In this document: piece after piece, positions 1-11,401 of the stretch
Numbering within the stretch: position 1 is the stretch's first letter
Layout of the letters: each line of letters starts with the position of its first letter
Source of the DNA: Octopus bimaculoides
Lineage: Eukaryota
DNA: 39,681 nt
NCBI RefSeq assembly: GCF_001194135.2
Contig: NC_068983.1
Coordinates: 139,913,392 to 139,953,072 of the forward strand
Reading direction: 5' to 3'
The notes under the pieces: generated by a model
The model's input: only the letters and a program-made list of their open reading frames with translations
What the model was told of the DNA's origin: nothing
Databases searched by the model: none
Program-made: the position numbers and the translations under genes

Positions 1-636
1 GTCACCACACAGTGTCAAACGGACAGCAGAACTCGAGGCAATTCAAAGTCACTATACAAAAAAGATCACCACAGTCCAGCAGATGAACTACAGGGAGCGA
101 CTGCAGGCACTAGGTCTCTACACCCTGGAACGCAGGCGGGAGACATATGTAATAATATACATGTGGAAAATACTGGAAGGACTGGTGCCGAACGTTGGCC
201 TCAAGTACTACAGGAATGCCCGTACGGGTAGCCACTGCATGGTGCCAAAGGTGCCGTCCACTGCATCTCACATAAGAACAAGATACTGCAGCAGCCTCGG
301 TTTCAGAGGACCTCAGCTGTTCAATGCCCTGCCAAAACATTTCAGAGACCTGCAAGACACGGATGTGGAGGTCTTCAAGACAAAACTCGACGCTTTCCTC
401 TCCACGATACCAGACGAACCAATGGCTCGAAATGAGACACAGTTTAGGGCAGCGATGTCAATTTCTCTTATACACCAGATGTGACCTCAAAACTCTTGAT
501 TGGACTATATCAGGTGCAGAAGAAGAGCCATGCAAGGAACGTGAAGAGTGCAAAGCATAAAGACAGAAAATCACGGTGGTGCTCCAGCATGACCACAGCC
601 ACTTGGCGGAAACCCATAAATAAATAAATAAATAAA
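1..636 (+). mobile_element. 3' end of a CR1/L2-clade (CR1-Zenon-like) LINE: C-terminal ORF2, 3' UTR and (TAAA)n tail
   Basis: Frame open from base 2 to the stop at 484: SPHSVKRTAELEAIQSHYTKKI..MNYRERLQALGLYTLERRRETYVIIYMWKILEGLVPN..FRGPQLFNALP..FKTKLDAFLSTIPDEP..RAAMSISLIHQ, matching the typical post-RT C-terminus of CR1-like ORF2. A (TAAA)n tail runs from about 616 to 636, up to the gap. Confidence 0.9.
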
Positions 637-1726
637 NNNNNNNNNNNNNNNNNNNNNNNNNNNNNNNNNNNNNNNNNNNNNNNNNNNNNNNNNNNNNNNN
701 NNNNNNNNNNNNNNNNNNNNNNNNNNNNNNNNNNNNNNNNNNNNNNNNNNNNNNNNNNNNNNNNNNNNNNNNNNNNNNNNNNNNNNNNNNNNNNNNNNNN
801 NNNNNNNNNNNNNNNNNNNNNNNNNNNNNNNNNNNNNNNNNNNNNNNNNNNNNNNNNNNNNNNNNNNNNNNNNNNNNNNNNNNNNNNNNNNNNNNNNNNN
901 NNNNNNNNNNNNNNNNNNNNNNNNNNNNNNNNNNNNNNNNNNNNNNNNNNNNNNNNNNNNNNNNNNNNNNNNNNNNNNNNNNNNNNNNNNNNNNNNNNNN
1001 NNNNNNNNNNNNNNNNNNNNNNNNNNNNNNNNNNNNNNNNNNNNNNNNNNNNNNNNNNNNNNNNNNNNNNNNNNNNNNNNNNNNNNNNNNNNNNNNNNNN
1101 NNNNNNNNNNNNNNNNNNNNNNNNNNNNNNNNNNNNNNNNNNNNNNNNNNNNNNNNNNNNNNNNNNNNNNNNNNNNNNNNNNNNNNNNNNNNNNNNNNNN
1201 NNNNNNNNNNNNNNNNNNNNNNNNNNNNNNNNNNNNNNNNNNNNNNNNNNNNNNNNNNNNNNNNNNNNNGATCTTATATATATATCTGTGTGTGTGTTTT
1301 ACATGAAATCATATATAACTATAATACATGTGAGAGGTAGTTGAGAAACAATTGAGGTGGGGAATGGAAGGTAAATACTGACAGGCAGACAATAAAAATA
1401 CAAATGAAGTATCACATACTCAGATCACGCTACAACTTATTTACAAACTTTCCAACTTCAGCTAACAAGCTGCTCTCTAATGGCTGTGCGACAAGTGTTA
1501 AAGTTAGTATTTAATATATGCAAGAGAAACATCTGCAAAGAATCTCAAAATTTATCTGATACATGGTGCCATCGCGAAACCTACTGGGGCGATTTATCGC
1601 TTAATCATGAAGACACAGTTAAGAAAATCTATGCTTCAGTGAGCAAACACAGCTGACAGGGTCGTGAAAATATTAATCTCTTGGCTAGTAAATTTCCAAT
1701 AACATTCAAGCTAACTTGTTTGCTTC

Positions 1727-1812
1727 TTTCTTTCCCTCTTTCTTTCCTTCCTTCTTTCTTCCTTCCTTTCTTTCTTTCTTTCTTTCTTCCTAGATATCTT
1801 TCTTTTCTTTTC
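1727..1812. repeat. (TTTC/TTCC)n polypyrimidine microsatellite
   Basis: Direct reading of the sequence. Confidence 0.9.
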
Positions 1813-2149
1813 ATCTCCTCTGAGAGTACCTATATGGGTATATCTATTTTCTTCAATATTTCAATGGTGATTTTACTTCTTTACGAATGATAGATTTCCG
1901 TTTCGGTACGTATTTATAGAATTATATATCTTTTATTTGCTTCTTATTTTGCTACTGATCTAAAAGTGTCACGATGAATTACTTTATTATTCACCCCATT
2001 GTAATCAATTTTTTTTTACACCCTCCAATTTAATTCATAAATGCGTGTGTCTAGATGTAATTATACGAAGAGTATATGCGTAGATGCCTGTATATACCAG
2101 TGGTAGTGTGGCCGGTACATACAGACATTGTTTTATTAATTCGTATGCA

Positions 2150-2300
2150 TGTATATATATATATATATATATATAGTGAGAGATAGATAGAGAGAGAGAG
2201 AAAGGGAGAGAGAGAGAAAGGGAAAGAGAGAGAGAAAGGGAGAGAGAGATAGATATGGAGGGAGAGAGGGAGAAAGGGAGAGAGAGAAGTAGACAGAGGT
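2150..2300. repeat. (TA)n followed by a degenerate (GA)n polypurine tract
   Basis: Direct reading of the sequence. Confidence 0.9.
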
Positions 2301-2694
2301 ACACATGTGAGAAGGAAAGTAGTGTGTAATTTCCCAGGAAACTCTTTTACTATTCTATAATCGTTGATTGATTGAATTTAGAAGGAATTTGTTTTACAGC
2401 ATAATCTTATATTCAGGCTCGTGTCTAGCTTTCACTGACGATGGCTCATAAGAGTTGAACAAGTTTGTAATTTTTGTACCAGAGAAGATAATTACTTCTG
2501 ACTCAATATACTCATCTATTTTATCCGTCAGTGAGTATTGCAAGATTTTCTGCTTTGACTTTTACAAATTTAAATAGAATTAAGAATATTAACTTACTTA
2601 CACTTGTTATTTAAATTTAGATATGATATTAGAAATATCATATCTAATATGATATTAGATATAATATTAGAAATAAACATTCTTTTCTATAATG

Positions 2695-3725
2695 TTATTC
2701 AATAAATCCACCTTCAGCTTCGACAACTGCTTCTATATGAGATCTAAATCATCTACATGCTCGAATCAACTGGTCCTATCTCATTTTCGACTTTACTCTG
2801 ACTATGGCAGTTTTCAAAGAATCTTGCGTGTTATGGGCGTGTTCATTGATCTCTCCGAACAACGCTTCACATGTAATAGCCCAATGGATTGAGATCCGGA
2901 GAATTAGGACGCCAAACGTTAGAGGTATTTTGATCATGAAAATGTTCAGCCGTCCATTCCACTGTTACTAGAATCATGTGGCATAGTGCAGAGCTTTACT
3001 GAAACAAATATGACCTTCCATTGCATACATTGTCTATGCAGGGCTTAACAATTATTTCCAGGACTTCAATGGAAGCAGTGCGGTTAACTCTAATGCGTTG
3101 TGGAAAGACGTAAGGCGGCATCACATGTCCTTCATTGCTGACAACCCCTAAAACCATGACAGTTGAGGGAAATTGTGTATGCATAATACTTGGAACTTCA
3201 GAAGAGTCTGCATAACCATCTGTCATTCCTTCTGTTAACTTTTTGACCGAGGTCTAAGTTTTTCTCGTTTGAGAAAAACCGAATCAAATATTCTGCTGCA
3301 TTTTTTCTGTTTGTTCAAGAACAGTTTAGATCCGATGTACTGATTTTCTTTGGCTTTTTCTGACAAACTGAGCTTTCCTCATCATATAAAACTTATACCC
3401 GATGTCTTCGTGCTCCTTCTGACACATGGAGATATTTTTCAATTGACCACATGGACTTTCTGGGATTGTAATCAATAGTCTATTGATTTTGCTGGATAGA
3501 TTCAGGTGTTCTGAAGATTTCGGAGCTTTTAGAACGCCATTTGTGGTTTGATATTCGTGATACATTTCCATCTTCAGTCTTTAGGTCCTTACAAAATTTG
3601 TAGACGAAAGATCTGGTAACATTTAAAAATTGAGATATTTCTAAATCATTATGCTCAGCCTTTATAACATGCCTCTTCATTTCGTGAGTAAGCTGAAGGT
3701 CCGCCACTATTATTTCTCGAAACAA
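2695..3725 (-). mobile_element. Decayed IS630-Tc1-mariner transposase pseudogene, DD37D (maT/Bmmar1-like)
   Basis: Minus-strand translation with stops and frameshifts: HTH-like N-terminus (ORF 3480-3725), FFSNEKNLDLGQKVNRRNDRW, VMVLGVVSNEGHVMPPYVFPQ, YLFQ*S.SALCH...WRPNSPDLNPL(G)YYM* and AVVEAEGGFIE*. There are 37 residues between the second and third catalytic positions, both mutated. TIRs were not identified. Confidence 0.88.
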
Positions 3726-4049
3726 AGATTATACAGAAAGTGCAAAAATACCACGAAAAGGGTATGTCTTCAAATACCTTAAGCACTCTGTATATGCGTG
3801 TGTGTGTGTGTGCATGTATGTGTGTGTGTGTGTGTTTGTGTGTGTCTGTGTGCGTGTATACTTACATGCATTTCTACGTATACATACACACATATATAAT
3901 TAGTGGTTGTGTGTATCTAATTATATAATGAATCTGAAGAAACGTTTAGCCCAATGCTAGCCTAGACCATGTAAAATTTTATGTTACTGTCTCGTAATGT
4001 TTATCATTTCATAATTAGTTACTCTTTGACCCAATATCTCACGCTTGAC

Positions 4050-5150
4050 AGGAGTTGATGTTAGCCGCCCCTGTGTATGTAGAAAATGATTCTCAAAGGT
4101 TTTTTGGTGGAATGTGTCCGGGTACCATTTGAATGTTACAGCGTATTTAATGTCTTTTAACTATTTTTTAGAGTCGAGCCGTTTGAGGAAAAGCATTTCT
4201 GTTCCGATGTGTCGCAGCAACGAATCACATTATGGCACGTTCCACAATGTCTTGATTTTGTGTAATGTTCATACGCGTTGTTAAGTTCATTCGTGCCTTG
4301 TTTTTGATTTGATATCTGAATTGTCCACATGATATATAGATTCTGATTGTTTTGTGGCGGTCATATTCTGGCCTGAATTCTCAATTTTCTTTATTGCAAT
4401 TGCCTTCTTGTCTACCTCAAATTTCAGTAAAGCTTTGTGTAGTATAGTGATGTCTGTTGGCAAGGACATTTGAAATTGACCGTGCAACGAAAAAAGAAAA
4501 ATAGAATTATAGCACCTGATCCTGTGTATTGGAAACAATTCTGAGAATCGAGGTGCTCATTCTGAAAGCGATACCAACTTTGTGGTTGATGACATCTTTC
4601 CCATACTCATTATGATGACACTACTTAGTCTCATATTGTCAGAATTCATTAGTGATTATCAGGACGGAGAGAATGTTCATACTTAAGCCCACTCTCTTTT
4701 CGAAAATGCACACGTTCAAATATCCCCTCGTATAGCACTATAATTCTATCCGCACATTTTATAGCATATATAATTGATTGGAATTTATTTAATCCTCATC
4801 TCTGATAACTTTTTGAAGATTAGAAGTCATTCCCGAATACCAATGATTTTGCAATTTTACCTTGAATTTGTAAGCATATCATCGAGACTGGCAAGCCCAA
4901 CTCAATCATTTGGAAGACAACACTAGTGACTTCCATTCGCTTCGAATAGATTCAATCGGCCTAAACAGTGCAGCAACTTCCGACGGACTCAAGATTTGGA
5001 TGTTTCAATTGCAAAATGTCACGGTCGACCCTGCTGAGGCCTTGCTGGGATTTAGGTATAGAACATCAAATGCAACGCAAAACAGATTTAATCATTTGAC
5101 CAGCACCAAATACACCGATAAACATTTCCAAGGGATGCAAATAATATGGT
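4050..5150 (-). mobile_element. Highly decayed CR1/L2-like LINE reverse-transcriptase remnant (may extend to about 6100)
   Basis: The minus strand near 5080-5000 reads AFDVLYLNPSKA/RVDRDILQLK, similar to the RT motif DVxYLDFxKAFDxVDH. Weak C-terminal similarity (GAANINS, compare RAAxSNSL) appears near 4060. Many stops and frameshifts; boundaries are approximate. Confidence 0.55.
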
Positions 5151-7525
5151 AGAACATTTTCAAAACAATGCTGTTCCTTTTTCAACGATCTCACTAATAT
5201 TGGTTTAGTATCGTCAAAATCACTTTCAAAATTATTATTTTAGGCATATATTATTTCGGTCTATACATCATTACAGCAATAAATAAAATTAAGCATTACT
5301 CTGCAGTCAATCCTCATAGGCTTCCTATATCTATCCCGAAGAAGACTACATGAAATTGTATCTTCTTCATCGAACAGTTTTAAAAATTCACTAGACGCAA
5401 TAAGATAGTGCGGAGTATTCCCTATCTCAATGTATCAGCTCATTCTTTCCAAAGGTAAGTACATTACTCGTTGTTGATTACCACTCGAGCTTACCTTTCT
5501 TTTTAAATCCTAAAATGACAATACATGAAATTGTAATATATTTAAGAATGATTAGATTCCTGAGTATCTAGAATGGCCTAAATTGAAAACGGTACAGCAT
5601 TATTTAGCAGACTCTGTAAAATGAAGCTTCGGCATATCTTTGACGACAAACTAGAAGCTTTGGAAGCAGATCCCAAATCTGATATTGTGTATCAAGGAAA
5701 GCCTTCGACTGGTTTAACTATAAAATACTGCAGGTAATTCGAAAGCTGCTGCACTAAATTACATCCTGATAGGCAAACATCAAAACGGTGTGATCATTGG
5801 AATACACAGACGCCGTTTAAGGAGTTGTGTTGGGTTCAGTTTTATCCGTGATATAAATTAAGTGGCGTTATATCAATGACATTAAACATTTCAGGAATGC
5901 TCGGTCATTAAAATTTACGTGCAGTACATTTTTGCAATTTGGCGAGCATTTATTGGCTACACTTCTGTGCTAGTTTAGCGCGTATCAAAGGGGCTGTGTC
6001 CTTCAGTAGCATTACCAAATTGACAGTCTCTGCAATTCCTTGGTAGTATTCGTCAGTCCAGATATACTTTCAGGCACACCAACCAATTTTTGAATCAGGT
6101 ATTGTCGGGTTCACGAAAGTTCTATATACAAAAAAAAACTCTATATATTTCTGAAATAGAACTTGTAACCAAGCAAATTTTCAGACTTATAAAGGACGGA
6201 GAGTATCTTTCAACATTTCAGGTAATATTAATAAAATAGTTACTTTCGTTTGCCACAAAATTACAAAATGTGTGAACAGCACACAGGCGATAACGTAACT
6301 CTGTTGCCTAATTTTTATTTTCCCGAAGTTAAACCTTAGTGATTTTCTTTGCCCTGAAACATACATCTTTACACTTCCTTTAATGAAACATACACATCTA
6401 TACTAACTACATGTTTCTTCATCCGTTGTCCCCACCCTTACTATTTTAGTACACTTTCTCACTTTATCTATTCTGTTATATTTTTGTTTCTCACGCTGTC
6501 ATATTATTTTTACTTTACATTTATCATTTTCTCCAATTTGTTTTGTTGCTTTCATTCTCGAGTAGTTTGTCATTTTTCATTTCTGTCTGTTTTTATACCT
6601 CAATATTCTCCCGCTCACACTCACCTATCTAGCTGTATCATTGAAATTATCATACTTTTAACATTGATTTTTTTTTTATCATTGTCTAACCATTGATTTT
6701 CCCTTTTCGGAATTTCAATGAGAAAGCCAAGTGTGTCTTGGAAGTAGCAGCTGGTGAAAACGTTTACTAGGACGCTCCTTTATTCATATCAATATTCTCT
6801 AACGTGTTGCTTTTATTTTTCTCCACAAACATCTGTGTATAGGAATATATGCACATGGAATGTATGACTATATTCTCATATTATATGTAATAAACATGCC
6901 TAACTGAATATTAAGATATGCATATATGTGTGCTATTTTGTGTGCGCGCGCGTGAGTGTAGGTTCCTGTATATTTCGAGTCTATGCTATTGTATCGAAAT
7001 ATTTATGCATCAACTATTCATCCTTGTATTAAACTTGCATTTAGTAGAAATAGTGAGATTTTGAATGCGAATGCAGACATAAATAGTGAACAAAAATGCA
7101 GACACTCATATACAATATTACAATATTACAAAAATAGATCTCCGGCACTTTTGCTTCCGCATTGATGTGCGTTTGTATGCGTCAAACTTCCCCTCTCGGT
7201 GTGTGTATGTGTGTGTGGAGTGTGGGCAGATGTGTGCATGCGTGTGTGTATGCGTGTGCATATATATCTATATATATATATATATATATACCACTTCCAC
7301 ATACTAGAACTAGATTAATAATTAATGATTAACATTACTATATCTGTCAAGCTACTGTGGTTGCATGCATTTATTTTCTATCTTGTAGATATTCCTCCTC
7401 AATGTCAGTGCTTAAGATTTTCGTAAACATATGAACATCACATACATGCAATTTAGAAATGTGTCACTATTCCTGTTTTTTTTTTGGGCGGGGGGGTTAA
7501 CCAGACAATGAGATATTTTAGTCGC

Positions 7526-7631
7526 TTTTACTCATTTACTTGTTTCAGTTATGTGACTGCGGCCATGCTGGAGCAGCGCCTTTGTCGAGCAAATCGATCC
7601 CAGGACTTATTCATTGTAAGCTTGGTACTTA

Positions 7632-7634
<3 letters not shown>
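7526..7634 (-). mobile_element. 3' half of a cephalopod-type tRNA-derived SINE
   Basis: TTTACTTGTTTCAGTTATGTGACTGCGGCCATGCTGGAGCAGCGCCTTTGTCGAGCAAATCGATCCCAGGACTTATTC is homologous to the copies at 22981-23140 and 10070-10138. Confidence 0.85.
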
Positions 7635-7685
<51 letters not shown>

Positions 7686-7869
7686 CTAGGTAGATAGATA
7701 GATAGATATGTGTAATATGAATTGTCGCGATATATCTTCTTTAAAATGAAATTTCTTCAAGCTGAAGGATCGTATTACCACACAAACCGAAATGCATACA
7801 CATGTACTCATGCACAGACATACACATTCATGCCCTTATTATCTCGTATCTAGAAAATACATAGAGTAA

Positions 7870-8182
7870 CAGACAGAAGCCTCCGTTTCACGTTTATTCA
7901 TTGTGCATAGCTTTCAACGATCTGTTCACCAATTTACCACATATCAGTAAGAACGAATCCTGCTCTTCATTTCCTTTCTTTTCGTTTTTATGGTAACAAA
8001 CGCACTTTTCACATATGCATCAATGAACCGGCTCCAATCGATACCATCCCTCTTCAGACAAAAATACAATTCGGCTTGTGAATATATATATATATATATG
8101 GTAAATTGGTGAACAGATCGTTCAAATACACAAAATCTTCTCTATGCACAATGAATAAACGTGAAACGGAGGCTTCTGTCTG
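7870..8182. repeat. Long inverted repeat (foldback or MITE-like): perfect 41-bp and 24-bp stems with a spacer of about 160 bp
   Basis: 7870-7910 is the exact reverse complement of 8142-8182, and 7916-7939 of 8099-8122. Confidence 0.9.
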
Positions 8183-8304
8183 CTCTTTGCAAAAGGTTTT
8201 TGGGACCTGAATTTTATTAACAAATTGTAGCAGTTAACATAAACTGTATTACAAAACATTTTGTGTATATTGAAACACCCATTCATGTATGAAAGCTCAA
8301 ACGG

Positions 8305-8445
<141 letters not shown>

Positions 8446-9225
8446 AATACTGGAGCGCACATATATGTACATGTCTATTCGATACAATTTACACACTGTA
8501 TAATGTCGATATAATCGAGATATCTCAGCCGCTCAGATAGAAGCTAAAATACGACTCCTTCAACAGCTAGCTTATTTTGTCGTTCATAAACGTCATAGTG
8601 TGGCAAAATATTTCCGAAAATTGCAGTAACACTATGACCAACAACAACATTAATTAATCAACATTAAGTAAGGCGCTTTGACCAAATATAATATATAAAA
8701 TTTCAATAATGAAAGGTAGTAACGAATATGTTTATGGCTAAGGCATTTGAATAAATTCCTTTTACGTTTGTCTTGATTTCTTCTAAGTATCTATATCCTG
8801 CTTAAATTGAAAGACGTATCAGGAAAGAAATGAGAACAAAAATGGAAATAATAAAGCATCCAAAATATATTATCGTTGAGATCAGCCCGTGAAATGAATA
8901 ATTCAAATGCGAATTTTAAATCAAACACAACAATCTCGTTAGAAGGATTAGAACTAATTAACCTTTCCTTGTTATAGTTACGTTGAAAGGTCATGAGAAC
9001 GCGAAATGTAGATTGTCTCATACTAGTATATAATTGAGAAAGCGACATTGCATTCTGGTAGGCTACACATCTGTTACTCTATGTATTTTATAGATACGAG
9101 ATAATGAGGGTATGAATGTGTATGTCTGTACATGAGTACATGTGTATGCATTTCGGTTTGTGTGGGAATGCGATCCCTCAACTTGATAAATTTTCATTTT
9201 AAACCAGATATATCTCCACAATTCG

Positions 9226-9294
<69 letters not shown>
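9226..9294. repeat. (TATC)n microsatellite running into an assembly gap
   Basis: Direct reading of the sequence. Confidence 0.95.
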
Positions 9295-10069
9295 NNNNNN
9301 NNNNNNNNNNNNNNNNNNNNNNNNNNNNNNNNNNNNNNNNNNNNNNNNNNNNNNNNNNNNNNNNNNNNNNNNNNNNNNNNNNNNNNNNNNNNNNNNNNNN
9401 NNNNNNNNNNNNNNNNNNNNNNNNNNNNNNNNNNNNNNNNNNNNNNNNNNNNNNNNNNNNNNNNNNNNNNNNNNNNNNNNNNNNNNNNNNNNNNNNNNNN
9501 NNNNNNNNNNNNNNNNNNNNNNNNNNNNNNNNNNNNNNNNNNNNNNNNNNNNNNNNNNNNNNNNNNNNNNNNNNNNNNNNNNNNNNNNNNNNNNNNNNNN
9601 NNNNNNNNNNNNNNNNNNNNNNNNNNNNNNNNNNNNNNNNNNNNNNNNNNNNNNNNNNNNNNNNNNNNNNNNNNNNNNNNNNNNNNNNNNNNNNNNNNNN
9701 NNNNNNNNNNNNNNNNNNNNNNNNNNNNNNNNNNNNNNNNNNNNNNNNNNNNNNNNNNNNNNNNNNNNNNNNNNNNNNNNNNNNNNNNNNNNNNNNNNNN
9801 NNNNNNNNNNNNNNNNNNNNNNNNNNNNNNNNNNNNNNNNNNNNNNNNNNNNNNNNNNNNNNNNNNNNNNNNNNNNNNNNNNNNNNNNNNNNNNNNNNNN
9901 NNNNNNNNNNNNNNNNNNNNNNNNNNNNNNNNNNNNNNNNNNNNNNNNNNNNNNNNNNNNNNNNNNNNNNNNNNNNNNNNNNNNNNNNNNNNNNNNNNNN
10001 NNNNNNNNNNNNNNNNNNNNNNNNNNNNNNNNNNNNTATATATATGTATGTATGTATATATGTATATAT

Positions 10070-10138
10070 ATCGATCCCTAGTTTTTTCCTTGTAAGCATA
10101 GTACTTATTTTATCGCACTCATTTGCCGAACCGCTGTA
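10070..10138 (-). mobile_element. SINE fragment (same family as 7526-7634 and 22981-23140)
   Basis: ATCGATCCCTAG..TTGTAAGCATAGTACTTATTTTATCG..TTTGCCGAACCGCT matches the middle segment of the other copies. Confidence 0.7.
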
Positions 10139-10802
10139 TAACTTCATGCTGATATACATACACACATACAGAAATATATACGCGCACACATACGCAGATA
10201 TGTCTAGGTGCATGTAAAGGGACATTAAGTGAAATTAAATCAGGGGTGGACTTGAGCGCGTGTGCGTATTTAAATTTGTATTTGACCGTGTATGTGTATG
10301 TATGTGTGTGTGCGTGTGTGCGTGTGTGTCTCCTTTAAATTAACAGTTCAGGGAGCTAGTATTTCAATTCTGGTGCTTCATCAGTATATAACAAGAGATG
10401 GTCAGATCTTGCAGTAATTCTTTATTTACTTACTTCTAAATCAATTACACNNNNNNNNNNNNNNNNNNNNNNNNNNNNNNNNNNNNNNNNNNNNNNNNNN
10501 NNNNNNNNNNNNNNNNNNNNNNNNNNNNNNNNNNNNNNNNNNNNNNNNNNNNNNNNNNNNNNNNNNNNNNNNNNNNNNNNNNNNNNNNNNNNNNNNNNNN
10601 NNNNNNNNNNNNNNNNNNNNNNNNNNNNNNNNNNNNNNNNNNNNNNNNNNNNNNNNNNNNNNNNNNNNNNNNNNNNNNNNNNNNNNNNNNNNNNNNNNNN
10701 NNNNNNNNNNNNNNNNNNNNNNNNNNNNNNNNNNNNNNNNNNNNNNNNNNNNNNNNNNNNNNNNNNNNNNNNNNNNNNNNNNNNNNNNNNNNNNNNNNNN
10801 NN

Positions 10803-10842
<40 letters not shown>

Positions 10843-11304
10843 CTGAGAGAGGTAGAGAAAGAGAGAGAAAGAGAGAGAAAGAAAGCAGAAGACAGTCAGA
10901 TAGAGAAATTGATAGATAGATTCATGTATGTAGAACGTACGAGAGAGAAACAGTTAGACCTACATAGATATTTTACCTAGAAAGGTGGAACGTGTACTCT
11001 AGTTTTATTATCATGTAACCCAGATTCCATGCCTTTTATGACTCCTAAGAAATCCTGGATGATTTTAATGAGAATTTACTAAACATTTAAAAAGCAAGAA
11101 TACAGTACATTATTCATATTTCATTTATCTTGAAAAACTATTTTTTTAACAGAAAATATAATTCTTTGATGTCATATTTGAGTATCTCCCATTTTGTTTC
11201 ATCTTTTCTTTCTCCTGTAGGCTTTTGAATATCTATTTATCATCCGACTGATATGTATATATGACAAACCAATGATACATTCAAACGTAACACGTATATA
11301 CGCA

Positions 11305-11352
<48 letters not shown>

Positions 11353-11363
11353 CACACACAGAG

Positions 11364-11401
<38 letters not shown>

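Noticed and set aside
8978-9057. Plus-strand segment between AG and GT containing TLKGHEN (WD40-like)
   Set aside because: All three frames contain stops, so the resemblance is likely chance.
10350-10390. Minus-strand CTGATGA...GAAA hammerhead-like spacing (similar motifs at about 17600-17645 and 39300-39345 on the minus strand, and 39385-39425 on the plus strand)
   Set aside because: Stems I, II or III cannot be formed consistently. At best these are heavily decayed Penelope-type relics.
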